From Nitrososphaeria archaeon (GTDB taxonomy: Archaea > Thermoproteota > Nitrososphaeria > Geothermarchaeales > JDFR-13): a stretch of 64,000 nt of DNA. The notes beneath the pieces were generated by a model, which was not told where the DNA came from, did not search any database, and saw nothing but the letters and a program-made list of their open reading frames with translations. The DNA lies in contig JALWXN010000004.1 in assembly GCA_027078545.1 (NCBI GenBank), forward strand, positions 1,056,001-1,120,000, given 5' to 3'. Within the stretch, counting starts at the first letter, position 1. Every line of letters begins with the position of its first letter. The position numbers and the translations under genes are program-made. Below are positions 29,652-39,371 of this stretch, piece by piece.

Positions 29652-31526
29652 CTAAACATCGTCGACCACGAACCTCCTCTCAGACCCCTTCTTCCGCTTG
29701 ATTACCCACTCCATCGCGTCATAGACCTTCATATCCCTGTCACTCCCGGGAGGCCTCACAGTGTCTCCACATATGTTTATCGTCTTGAGGACCATTGGGA
29801 AGACCGATCTGATGTTGTGGTAGACCACCCTACCCCTCCCAAGCTTAGCTATCAACTCCCTAAACATCCTCTTATTCTCAAGCCCGGAGATTACGGCGTT
29901 AATATCCGAGTCGTCGGTAAGCTGGAATATGAACATCGCCCAGAGCATGGATATTACGTCACTATCCAGGTCGCCCGGCTTCTGGTCGATAGGTACAACG
30001 ACGACACCATACTTCCTATACTCCCTGGCCAGGCGCCCGAAGACCGTGCTCTTATCCTTCTCTAGGAATCGGTGGGCCTCCTCAAGATAGATGACCAGCT
30101 TATGATACATCCCACTAGGCTTTTTAGGAGCCGCCATCAGCTCATCGATCCGATCCATGATCTTCTTGGCGAGGATATTGGCTATACTCATGTATACAAC
30201 CACATTCCTACTATACCTGCCGCCCAAGTCTATCGTGACATGCTCACCCCTATCAACCAGCAGCCCCACAATGTCATCATATAGCTCAGCGTCATCCCAT
30301 CTAAAGGATATTGGTAGACCCCTGAGGTTGTAGATCCTCCTCTTCAGAGCGCCTATCGACTGCCTAAGCCCCGACATATCCCTACCACTCAGTTTACCCT
30401 CTAGTTCCTCCATCAGCTCCACCATGTCTTTTGCCAACTCGCCGGGGGAGGCGCTACGCGGGAGGTCAATAAGATTCTGACGTAGCAGGAGGCGTGCAAG
30501 GCTATCTGCACTACTCCTGCTGAAGTATAGGAGGGTGAGTGCCCAGTGCTCAGGCTTTATGAGGAGGTCGGGCAGCCCCTCCGACTGTCTAATTTTATTA
30601 ATATCTTTTATTGCCTCCAGTACCTTGGCCCTGTATACCTCGAGGTTATGGATACTCACCTCGGTGGGTGAGAGGGGCTCGAGGATCGTGGCCAAGGTGT
30701 CCACGGAGACGTCGTATAGGGGGATACGTAGTATACCGTCGCCACCAACCTTATTATACTCGTCCTTGTCTACGCAGTAGATATAGACATACTTCTTACC
30801 GTTGACCATCTTCATCCTGGCTGAGGCTCCCTGGCAAACCTGCTGGTGCCTATCGTCTAGGAGGTAGTATGAATACTCACCCTGTACATCGAAGACCAGT
30901 AGTGTAAGCTTCTCCTCGTGATGTAGATATCCGTGGACATATGCGTTGAGTATCAGTAGGTTCGCGAGATACGTCTTCCCAGTCCCCGCCTTGCCGAAGA
31001 TGCCGAAGCTCAGCTGGTGGAGGTCATAGATGTCATCAGCAACGATGACCTCCTCACCCGTGACGAGGTCCAGCATCCCGATGGGGAAATACCTATCGAA
31101 GTCAGCCTCAGGTATGAACCTCCTCGCCAAGGGGCCCTGCTCCATAGGGACTATCGAGCCGTGCTGCGGGATGCTTGAGACCTTGGAGGCCTCCCCCAGA
31201 GCAACGTCATACTCGGCTAGGGGGATGACGGAAATACTTGGGGAAGCCACCTCCTCCCTAATATACTCCATATAGGGCTCCTGTAGGGCGGTGCCCTCGA
31301 GGATCCTATAGATCTTCATATGGCTCTCCGGGACACCATATCCAATGTCGAGGACCACGCCTAGGTATAGCTTCTCCCCACCCTCCACAACTATCACCCT
31401 ATCCTTCTCAACCTGCTCCAGCCTAGCCTCTGGCGAGAGGTCAATAACTATACCCTCCGAGATCGAGGCCCCCCTAACCCATCCAAACACCTTCCTAGAC
31501 ACCCATACCCACCTCCATGAAGACAC
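29652..31526 (-). CDS. herA: HerA-family ATPase/helicase with N-terminal HAS barrel
   Basis: GKAGTGKT, FDVQGEY, LEEAHRF, AREYRKYG, DQKP. True start may be GTG 31502, which has GGAGGT upstream. Confidence 0.9.
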   Translation of the reverse strand: MSSWRWVWVSRKVFGWVRGASISEGIVIDLSPEARLEQVEKDRVIVVEGGEKLYLGVVLDIGYGVPESHMKIYRILEGTALQEPYMEYIREEVASPSISVIPLAEYDVALGEASKVSSIPQHGSIVPMEQGPLARRFIPEADFDRYFPIGMLDLVTGEEVIVADDIYDLHQLSFGIFGKAGTGKTYLANLLILNAYVHGYLHHEEKLTLLVFDVQGEYSYYLLDDRHQQVCQGASARMKMVNGKKYVYIYCVDKDEYNKVGGDGILRIPLYDVSVDTLATILEPLSPTEVSIHNLEVYRAKVLEAIKDINKIRQSEGLPDLLIKPEHWALTLLYFSRSSADSLARLLLRQNLIDLPRSASPGELAKDMVELMEELEGKLSGRDMSGLRQSIGALKRRIYNLRGLPISFRWDDAELYDDIVGLLVDRGEHVTIDLGGRYSRNVVVYMSIANILAKKIMDRIDELMAAPKKPSGMYHKLVIYLEEAHRFLEKDKSTVFGRLAREYRKYGVVVVPIDQKPGDLDSDVISMLWAMFIFQLTDDSDINAVISGLENKRMFRELIAKLGRGRVVYHNIRSVFPMVLKTINICGDTVRPPGSDRDMKVYDAMEWVIKRKKGSERRFVVDDV

Positions 31527-32103
31527 GTGTGATAGTCTCGATCACCTTGATATCGTTCCCACTATTCCTGAGGAACTCCTTGTAGAGCTCCGGCAGGGTG
31601 AGCCTCCTACCCAATACCCTGGATAGGTAGGCCGCCAGGTTCCTAACGAGGATCATATCCCTCAGGTCGAGATACCTGAGGAAGCTTAGGTCGGGCTCCT
31701 CACCGAGCAGCGAGGCGACCTGGTCATCGGGGAGGAGATAGACAGGGTTGTGGGGCTTCACGAAGAGCCTGAAGCTCCTCTGGATATTTCCTGCGCTGTC
31801 CACCTCGTATATGGGATGGGTGGTGAAGAGGAACTCGTATAGCCTAGTAGTATCCACATTCATGATGGAGGATCTATTCAGCCTAGGCTGGAACTTACCC
31901 GCATACTTCGGGTCTATCGCCTTGGACCCGGCCACCACTACTACTCCTCCCTCCCCAGTATCTATGTATAGGAAGTTGCCAGGCCTCACCCTGTCCAGCC
32001 TATCGGGGAGGAGGTAGACCACCACATCACTACCCTCCAGCCTATACACCTCACCAACCGCATCCTCAAGGCCTATCCTACCAAGGTCTATACCACCAGT
32101 CAT
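31495..32103 (-). CDS. Standalone HAS-barrel domain protein
   Basis: VGEV...PGNFL...HNPVY...DLSFLRYL pattern; lies between nurA and herA; ATGA overlap with the nurA stop. Confidence 0.65.
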   Translation of the reverse strand: MTGGIDLGRIGLEDAVGEVYRLEGSDVVVYLLPDRLDRVRPGNFLYIDTGEGGVVVVAGSKAIDPKYAGKFQPRLNRSSIMNVDTTRLYEFLFTTHPIYEVDSAGNIQRSFRLFVKPHNPVYLLPDDQVASLLGEEPDLSFLRYLDLRDMILVRNLAAYLSRVLGRRLTLPELYKEFLRNSGNDIKVIETITRVFMEVGMGV

Positions 32104-33317
32104 AGTATCCTCCACCTCTTCCCAATACTCTTACCAGTCATGGAGTATTCGGGGGGCTGGCCCAGGAGGAGCTCCGATAGGATAGACTCGAGGTCAGACC
32201 TCTGCCTAGAATATATCACGGCTGCATGGTGTGCCTCGGAGAGGAGGTATGGATAGCCACCTCCACGCCTAGCATCTAGATAGACCGAGTTAAACACCCT
32301 CTCAAGGCTATGGGGATCCCAGTCGAAGTGGTCGGTATACTCAACCATGAATACGTTGGGCATGGGGAGATCCAGGGGCTCTACATGCATATATACAGTT
32401 GAGACCCTGTAGACCCCCTCAATGGGGTCTGACACCACCCGGAAACGGCTGCTCCTACTATTCCTGGGTAGGAGCCGACCCATTATCACCCTATCCCTGT
32501 ACTCAGGCACGTCGGGGCTTATCAGACCAGCCGTCTTTAGACACTTGATTATCGAGCTCCTACCACTATAGTATACACCCACCGGGAGGACCCTACCACC
32601 ACCCATCTCCCCAACATCCCTGAATAGCTCGTCATACATCCCGACATACTCCTTCCTAACACTGGCCGAGTACGTCGATGCATAGCCGAGGTTAAAGTTC
32701 TCGTCGAACATAACCACGGAGAGGTCTAGACCCTCACTCTCCATGATGTCTAGGAGGTACTTCACAAACCTCCTTACGAAGTGGTGCTCCACCTCCTTAC
32801 TGATAAGCTCCCTAGGCTTATCATCAAGATCCCTAGGTATCACGAGGTAGGTCAGGTGGTAGGGCTCACCTGGAGACCTATATACATGGCCATCCTTGAA
32901 GATGGTGTATTGATACCCGATGTTGATGATCATCACGGGGATGGCGAAGTGCCCCCCGGGGACGTGGTAGCTCGCGTCATAGGCTGCTAGAACCATATCA
33001 CCAACGTTCTCCAGCGCCGACTCCTCACTGGGCATCGGGTAGTAGGTGAAGGGCTCGAGGGGTTCTACATATGTATACTTCCCCTTAATGCTACATCCAT
33101 ATTTACCCGGCTCGAGGTACTTGGATATCTCCTCGGCAACCTCATCACCCGGGGTTACATCAATATCCTTAGACAGCTTATCCCTGATCTCCTCGAGATA
33201 GAGGCTGATGATGCCCGGGTCAAACTCTCCAGGAGCCCAGCCGATCTCTCCAAGCTCATAGACTATATATCCATCCTCCTCACGCCTACTCACGGGGCTC
33301 GACACGGCAACCACCAT
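32100..33317 (-). CDS. nurA: NurA-family nuclease
   Basis: AAYDAS (motif I Asp), MFDEN (second Asp), GYPYLLSEAHHAAVI; upstream of herA. Confidence 0.8.
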   Translation of the reverse strand: MVVAVSSPVSRREEDGYIVYELGEIGWAPGEFDPGIISLYLEEIRDKLSKDIDVTPGDEVAEEISKYLEPGKYGCSIKGKYTYVEPLEPFTYYPMPSEESALENVGDMVLAAYDASYHVPGGHFAIPVMIINIGYQYTIFKDGHVYRSPGEPYHLTYLVIPRDLDDKPRELISKEVEHHFVRRFVKYLLDIMESEGLDLSVVMFDENFNLGYASTYSASVRKEYVGMYDELFRDVGEMGGGRVLPVGVYYSGRSSIIKCLKTAGLISPDVPEYRDRVIMGRLLPRNSRSSRFRVVSDPIEGVYRVSTVYMHVEPLDLPMPNVFMVEYTDHFDWDPHSLERVFNSVYLDARRGGGYPYLLSEAHHAAVIYSRQRSDLESILSELLLGQPPEYSMTGKSIGKRWRIL

Positions 33318-33524
33318 CCGGAGTAGCTAGGATTGTGTTTGGGTGCTGCCCCAGACACATTTCCAGTAGCAACTATGCGGGGCGAATTATTTATAGGAGA
33401 ATTGACGCACAGGTGGCTATAGAGCAGCCGGATACTTCTATGTGGGGGGAAATATTTAAAGGAAAATCGACACGTATCCCTAGGTAGCCCCCTTAATTAT
33501 TACCTATGCCGAATAGAGTTTCTA

Positions 33525-34307
33525 TTGACCCCCCGGTCCAAGGTGGTGGCATTGGCCAGGACACGGTCATTCAGGAAGGTTCTAGAGACGCCCGAGGGCG
33601 TCACCCAGCTAGCAGTCGTCGGGGACATGGCCGACATCATAGTCGAGCCCCACGACGACGACACCATAGTCCTACACGGCTTCATACTGGGTGGCGACCC
33701 ACCCCTAATAGACGTCTCCGAGGGGGAGAAGCAGATAGACATCACGATCAAGAGGGCCAAGGCCGAGAGCAGGCTATACTCACTCAAGATGAAGATGTTC
33801 GTCCCCATAGAGAGGATAACAGAGATGCTCAGCATAACCCTAGAGATAGGCGACGTAAGGATAGACGGCGTCCCAGTCAAGATCCTAAAGATAGACACCT
33901 CCAACGGAGACGTGATGGTGGGGGGTGTAAACACTGAGCAGGCAAAGCTCTCATGTAGGAATGGAGATGTCATGTTCAGGGGAGGATCCTTCAAGGACGG
34001 ATACTTCACCACGATAAACGGCGACGTGAGGCTAGAGATACTCATGGATAGGGGCTACAGCCTCTACGCCTCCTCGAAGAGGGGTAGGATAAGGATATCC
34101 CTACCAGTAAACACATCGGCAAAGATCAGGGCCAGGGCACTGAGGGGGAGGGTCATGATAACACCGAAGTCAGCGATAAGGGAGGATGAGGGTGAGGAGG
34201 TTAGGACGATAGTCTTCGGGGATGGAGACGCGGAGATAAGGCTGGAGACCCTAGACGGCGACATAAGTATAAACCTCTTCGCCACACCCCCCGTGGAGAC
34301 CGAGTAG
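33525..34307 (+). CDS. DUF4097 family beta-strand repeat protein
   Basis: Repeated T/S-x-N/x-G-D-V/I units (EIGDV, TSNGDV, CRNGDV, TINGDV, TLDGDI). Confidence 0.8.
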   Translation: MTPRSKVVALARTRSFRKVLETPEGVTQLAVVGDMADIIVEPHDDDTIVLHGFILGGDPPLIDVSEGEKQIDITIKRAKAESRLYSLKMKMFVPIERITEMLSITLEIGDVRIDGVPVKILKIDTSNGDVMVGGVNTEQAKLSCRNGDVMFRGGSFKDGYFTTINGDVRLEILMDRGYSLYASSKRGRIRISLPVNTSAKIRARALRGRVMITPKSAIREDEGEEVRTIVFGDGDAEIRLETLDGDISINLFATPPVETE

Positions 34308-34389
34308 ATCCTCTGGAGCCCCGGAATACTTTCACTACCCATATTTTTAAAGAGCCTCCACAACCCAGTTATTGTAGGAGGGGAAACTA

Positions 34390-34971
34390 GTGGTAAGGAA
34401 GTATAGGGTCTCGGGCTTCACCCTCCACTTCCAAGTCTCCCCGAGGACTGGGCTCCTCGAGAACATAGTCCTAGTCCTAGAGGTTGAGGGCGACCCGAAC
34501 AAGGTATTGAAGATGCAGAACATCCCCCTCGAGATAGCCATCGAGCTGGAGAAGTTCGCCACGACAGAGTCCCAGCTAAACATCGAGAACAACGACTTCA
34601 GGATGAGTATCTTCGACGTCCTGATGGAGATTCCCAACGTTGAGAAGATGCTTAGGCAGAGCGTTAAAGAGATAGTTATAAACAAGCTCCACAAGGATAG
34701 GAATGTCTACTCCGCGGAGGTCCACCTGGTAGACACATATAGCGGTAAACCCGCGGTTGTCGAGATGATACCGAGCCACGCACTACTCCTCTCGGTCATG
34801 GGTAACATACCCGTCTACGTCTCCGAAGACCTCCTGATGGACAGGAATAGCGAGCCGACAGGGCCTGAGGACTACTTCAACATGTTCATAGACGACGAGA
34901 TACTCGACCCCGACGAGATGGGCTTCTTCGACGACTGGGACGACGAGGACGACGACCTGGAGAACCTATAG
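34390..34971 (+). CDS. Bifunctional nuclease (DUF151) family protein with acidic tail
   Basis: EIVINKL...YSAEVHL...IPSHALLL...IPVYVSEDL. Confidence 0.7.
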   Translation: MVRKYRVSGFTLHFQVSPRTGLLENIVLVLEVEGDPNKVLKMQNIPLEIAIELEKFATTESQLNIENNDFRMSIFDVLMEIPNVEKMLRQSVKEIVINKLHKDRNVYSAEVHLVDTYSGKPAVVEMIPSHALLLSVMGNIPVYVSEDLLMDRNSEPTGPEDYFNMFIDDEILDPDEMGFFDDWDDEDDDLENL

Positions 34972-35754
34972 CGACAATAGGTCCAGCAGCCTCTCCAAGA
35001 GGTGGGGTGTAGAGGCGGAGACAATCTTTATACCATACACCTTGCTGAGCCTGACATCCCTGGAATCATCCTGGGTTATCCATACATGTCCACCCGCCTC
35101 CCTAACTATCAACTGGCTAGCCGCTATATCGAAGACTCTGAGACTTCCCCTAACGTCTACATGGGCATCTAGCCGGCCCTCAGCCACCATACAGTCCTCC
35201 AGAGCCGCGCTCCCGAAATGCCTAGGATAATTCGTGTATCTCAGCAGCTCAAGGGTGGTGGAGACACCGGGGTATTGATGTACGATGGAGATGGATATGA
35301 AGGCATCGATAGTCTTCAAAGTCCTCGACACCCTTATCTCCCTACCGTCCTTATAGGCTCCCCTCCCCCTGTAGGCTGTGTAGGTCTCCCCCGTGAAGAT
35401 GTTCCTAACTATCCCCGCATAGACACCCTCCATAGAGTCGGACTCTGCTATCGCTAGTGAGACCGCGCTGAAGGGGATACCCCTACTCAGATTACTCGTC
35501 CCGTCTATAGGATCCACCACCAGTATCCAATCCTCATCTGGCTCGTAGTCGTCGAACCACTCCTCACTGATGACCCTCGGCCTAAGCCCCCTATCAAGTA
35601 GGAACTCCCTGAGGGCGGATGCAGATGTATAGTCCATCCTCCTGCCATACTCCTTAGGGTCATCTGGGCCCTGCTCCATATTCCTCAGGACTGCGTCGGA
35701 CATATATTCAGATGCCGCCCTGAGTATCTCACTGGCCTCCCTAAAGCTGAGCAT
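34966..35754 (-). CDS. Inositol monophosphatase / FBPase family
   Basis: ISEE, VDPIDGTSN, GSAAL, FDIAA..LIVREAGG. Confidence 0.92.
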   Translation of the reverse strand: MLSFREASEILRAASEYMSDAVLRNMEQGPDDPKEYGRRMDYTSASALREFLLDRGLRPRVISEEWFDDYEPDEDWILVVDPIDGTSNLSRGIPFSAVSLAIAESDSMEGVYAGIVRNIFTGETYTAYRGRGAYKDGREIRVSRTLKTIDAFISISIVHQYPGVSTTLELLRYTNYPRHFGSAALEDCMVAEGRLDAHVDVRGSLRVFDIAASQLIVREAGGHVWITQDDSRDVRLSKVYGIKIVSASTPHLLERLLDLLSL

Positions 35755-37095
35755 CTAGCCCCTAGCCTCCTCATCAGCAATCTTGAGGGCCTCGTCCAGA
35801 GCCTCGACACCCTTGTCAATATCCTCCTCATTAACGATGAGTGGCGGTGCTATTACGAAGTGGCTTATCCAGTTCATCACCAGGACACCCTGCTCCCTCA
35901 TCCTCGCGGCAACCCTATCCGTCATCAGCCTCCTACCCGCCAGCTTATCCTCCCTAGTGTTGAAGGGTTCCTTGGTCTTCCTGTCCCTCACGATCTCCAC
36001 AGCCCAGAAGAGGCCTAGCCCCCTCACATCACCTATACTCGGATGCCTATCCATAAGCTCCCTGAGCCTCTTACCCAGGTATTCACCCATACGTCTACTC
36101 CTCTCGATCAGGCCTAGCCTCTTATACTCCTTTATACTAGCCTCTATAGCCGCCATCGTAACAGGGTGGAAGGCGAAGGTATGTCCAACAGCGAAGAAGT
36201 GGTCCTCGAAGAAGCTGGCTACCTCCCGATCCACAGCCGTTATCCCTACAGGCACGTAGCTAGAGGTGGCGCCCTTAGCCGTGGTCATGATATCCGGCTT
36301 AACATCCCAGTTCATATGGGCGAACCACTTCCCTGTACGCCCCCAGCCAGCCATCACCTCGTCGAATATGAGGAGGAGGCCATGCTCATCAGCGATCTCC
36401 CTGAGCCTCTCATAATACCCTGGGGGAGGCACGATCACACCATTGGTCCCAGTCACGGGTTCCATGAAGATAGCCGCCACATTCCCCTCCCTCCTAACCA
36501 TATAGTCCACATACTCTGCACAGGCTAGGCCACACTCTGGATATGACAGCCCGAAGGGGCATCGGTAGCAGTAGGGATCAGGTGCGAAGACAGTGCCCCT
36601 AACATTGGTATGGAGCTCCACCGAGACCCTCCTAGGATCACCCGTGAGGGATATCGCCCCAGCCGAGGAGCCGTGGTAAGACTCATACCTAGCTATGACC
36701 TTATAGGCCGGCGCCCTATACATCCTAGCTATCTTCAGGGCATCCTCATTAGCCTCCGCCCCACTGACGGAGACGACGAACTTTGAGAGGTTCTCGGGAA
36801 CAACCTCTCTAAGGGCTTTGAGGGCACGGGCCCTGATCTCATGGGCATATGCCGGGCCTAGATATGCGAGGTCGTCCAGCTGCTGCTTAACAGCCTCTAT
36901 AACATTCCTATTCCCATAGCCAAGGTTCACACATACCAGCTGGCTACTGAAGTCTAGGAACCTCCTACCATCCCTAGTGATTAGGTATGCACCCTCACCC
37001 GAGACGAACTCTAGTGGAGGCCTCCAGTCCCTCTGATACCTCCACGTACCAAAGGCAAGCTCATGGTAGATCTTTGACGGGTCACCCGGATCCAT
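35755..37095 (-). CDS. Class III PLP aminotransferase (omega-amino acid/4-aminobutyrate type)
   Basis: SGAEANE, SYHG, FDEVMAGWGRTG, TAKG, GHTF. Confidence 0.92.
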   Translation of the reverse strand: MDPGDPSKIYHELAFGTWRYQRDWRPPLEFVSGEGAYLITRDGRRFLDFSSQLVCVNLGYGNRNVIEAVKQQLDDLAYLGPAYAHEIRARALKALREVVPENLSKFVVSVSGAEANEDALKIARMYRAPAYKVIARYESYHGSSAGAISLTGDPRRVSVELHTNVRGTVFAPDPYCYRCPFGLSYPECGLACAEYVDYMVRREGNVAAIFMEPVTGTNGVIVPPPGYYERLREIADEHGLLLIFDEVMAGWGRTGKWFAHMNWDVKPDIMTTAKGATSSYVPVGITAVDREVASFFEDHFFAVGHTFAFHPVTMAAIEASIKEYKRLGLIERSRRMGEYLGKRLRELMDRHPSIGDVRGLGLFWAVEIVRDRKTKEPFNTREDKLAGRRLMTDRVAARMREQGVLVMNWISHFVIAPPLIVNEEDIDKGVEALDEALKIADEEARG

Positions 37096-37142
37096 AGATA
37101 AATAGTATGGATGGCGGGGTGAAATAAGGCTCTAGAAGTACA

Positions 37143-39371
37143 TCACCAGCCCACATTACCAGTAATCTCTATAGGTCCTGGCGAGTAGAGCAGCCCCCTA
37201 CTCCTGTCGAGTATCATGGTCTGGTTACCCTCCATATATGGGTTGGTGAAGCGTATCCACATGATCAGGAAGTTGTCAACGGCCCTGTAGCCTAGGACCC
37301 TGAAGCTCCAGACCTCCACCTCAACCGGCTGATACATTGATATTGGGATGTCGTTATAGATCCTTATCCATCCACGGTCACCCGAGACTACGATCCTCAT
37401 AGACTGGTGCTCAACATGGCCAGCGGCAGAGAAATAGATCACTCCTATAGCCATCGTAAGGTTGCCATACCAGGATGGCAATGTCTTGCTCAGCCCCCAG
37501 TATAGTAGGTAGCCCCTCTGGAAGGTTCCATAGCTACTCGACACAACTACGAAGAGCTGGTCGATGAACGGGTTAGACTCGTCATATAGATAGCTTAGTG
37601 AAAAGTCCACATAGCCGCCCAGCCCCGTCTGGCCCAGAGCCACCAAGGTAGAGGAGTCGTAGAGCGAGACTGGTAGGAGGGGGATGGGGAAGCCCGTCAG
37701 GCTGGAGACCACCCTCACCCTGAGGGTCCACCTACTGAGTATAGTGCCTCCATTATTCACCGAGGTGAGCTCGTCATAGACCGTTTCATTAAGCACCATC
37801 AGGGACGAGGCCCCCGGCACGTCCCACATCTGCACCCTGTCAAACAGGGATCTATAGACCATCACCTTCGTCCCAGGACTGTTCATCGACCAGTAGACTA
37901 GGCTCCATGGAGAGAGCGTGGTATTCACATCCCTGATATCGGCCCATGAACCCCCAGCATTGTTGAAATAGTCCACCTTAATATTCTGTATACCAGCCGA
38001 GGCTAGGAAGGCCCTCCATATATGGGCCTCCTGGTAAGAGTTAGAGGTGGCACCAAGATACATGTTGTTCAGACCAGCGGCAGTGGCGTTGAAATCGGTG
38101 AGCCAGACTACCTGAGAGGAGGAGCCAGCACTACTGTATAGGACGATATTAGTGTCGCTAGCCCCCGTGAAGAAGGATCTCGATACGTTTAGGAATAGGC
38201 TGCTAAAGTCCCTTGTATAGGTGGCTAGATTATACCTCTGGGAGGAGACGGCAGTCAACTCCTCAACCTCAGCTATCTGCATAGACGCACCGAAGGTCAG
38301 GAACCTTATATTGGCATCCCTAGGTCCGGAGAGATATGCACCATCTATCACGGACCTGAAGACAGCCGCAGAGTCGGAGTAGATCTGGATATTCTCAAAG
38401 GACGGCGTAGAGTCCTCATACACAGTCAGGTTGTATACCTCAAGATTAACCTCGGAGTTATGGCTAGCCAGTATCACCAGGTTCCTCCATACATCAGCAT
38501 CTATCAAGGTCGTATTCACGATTGATACGTTAAGCCTAGTCGTGAAGTATGCCTCGAAGAAAAGATTATTAAACGTGCTGTCGAAGACAGTCACATTCCT
38601 TATGAACACTTCTGTATAGCTATTGGGGCTATGCGTATTGCCGAAATAGCCGTAGATCCCCTCTATAGCCTGGCCAGAGACATATGAATCCCTGAGCCAG
38701 ATCGTCCTATTATTATCTCCATAATCCCTGATTATAACGCCGTAGTGGGCGGTGAAGACTGTTAGATTAGTCACGTTTACCCAGGAGTATTGTGAGAGGC
38801 CAGGTGAGTCCACCAGCTCAAGCCCCCAGAAACCGCCTCCTAGATAGATGTCTGTGAGCGTTGCGTTGGAGTGGTTAACAAGTATCCTTGCCCTAGATCC
38901 AGGCCCATTATCAATAACAGAGACGTCCGTCAGCCGAATATCATCGGAGATATTGATGTGTATACCGGGGTACCACCACATGGTGTTCAGGTTTAGCTGG
39001 AGCCTCCTAAGGACTACATCCCTACTACCGTTTATGAATATTGTCTCGAAGGGGGCCGACCTAGTGATCACCAGGTCCCTAAGAACGATGTTCCTAGAAG
39101 ATAAGATCCTTACACCCGATGTCGGCTGGAGAATCCATGTATATCCATTCCCATCTATCAGTATCCCTACCTGACCCACAATATTGACAGTGGCCGTCTC
39201 CACAATGTTAGAGCTAAAGAATATGTTGGTACATCCATTGGCCAGGGCAGTAGCCACATCGGGGTAATCAACTGGGACGTTGCAGGAGAGTGCCGCAGCC
39301 TCATATCCATACCCAGAAAAGCCTACTAGGAGGAGTAGTGGTAGGAGGAGCCACGCTAGGAGACGCGGCAT
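37143..39371 (-). CDS. Secreted right-handed parallel beta-helix repeat protein
   Basis: Signal peptide; IDGNG start typical of pectin-lyase-like folds; repeating N-I/V-x-I/L units; many NxS/T sequons. Confidence 0.7.
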   Translation of the reverse strand: MPRLLAWLLLPLLLLVGFSGYGYEAAALSCNVPVDYPDVATALANGCTNIFFSSNIVETATVNIVGQVGILIDGNGYTWILQPTSGVRILSSRNIVLRDLVITRSAPFETIFINGSRDVVLRRLQLNLNTMWWYPGIHINISDDIRLTDVSVIDNGPGSRARILVNHSNATLTDIYLGGGFWGLELVDSPGLSQYSWVNVTNLTVFTAHYGVIIRDYGDNNRTIWLRDSYVSGQAIEGIYGYFGNTHSPNSYTEVFIRNVTVFDSTFNNLFFEAYFTTRLNVSIVNTTLIDADVWRNLVILASHNSEVNLEVYNLTVYEDSTPSFENIQIYSDSAAVFRSVIDGAYLSGPRDANIRFLTFGASMQIAEVEELTAVSSQRYNLATYTRDFSSLFLNVSRSFFTGASDTNIVLYSSAGSSSQVVWLTDFNATAAGLNNMYLGATSNSYQEAHIWRAFLASAGIQNIKVDYFNNAGGSWADIRDVNTTLSPWSLVYWSMNSPGTKVMVYRSLFDRVQMWDVPGASSLMVLNETVYDELTSVNNGGTILSRWTLRVRVVSSLTGFPIPLLPVSLYDSSTLVALGQTGLGGYVDFSLSYLYDESNPFIDQLFVVVSSSYGTFQRGYLLYWGLSKTLPSWYGNLTMAIGVIYFSAAGHVEHQSMRIVVSGDRGWIRIYNDIPISMYQPVEVEVWSFRVLGYRAVDNFLIMWIRFTNPYMEGNQTMILDRSRGLLYSPGPIEITGNVGW

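Noticed and set aside
26020-33317. Wadjet, Lamassu, Nezha or other named defence system
   Set aside because: No kleisin/KITE, effector or Sir2 partner in the operon; the zinc-hook Rad50, Mre11 and NurA point to end processing. A defence role is only a hypothesis.
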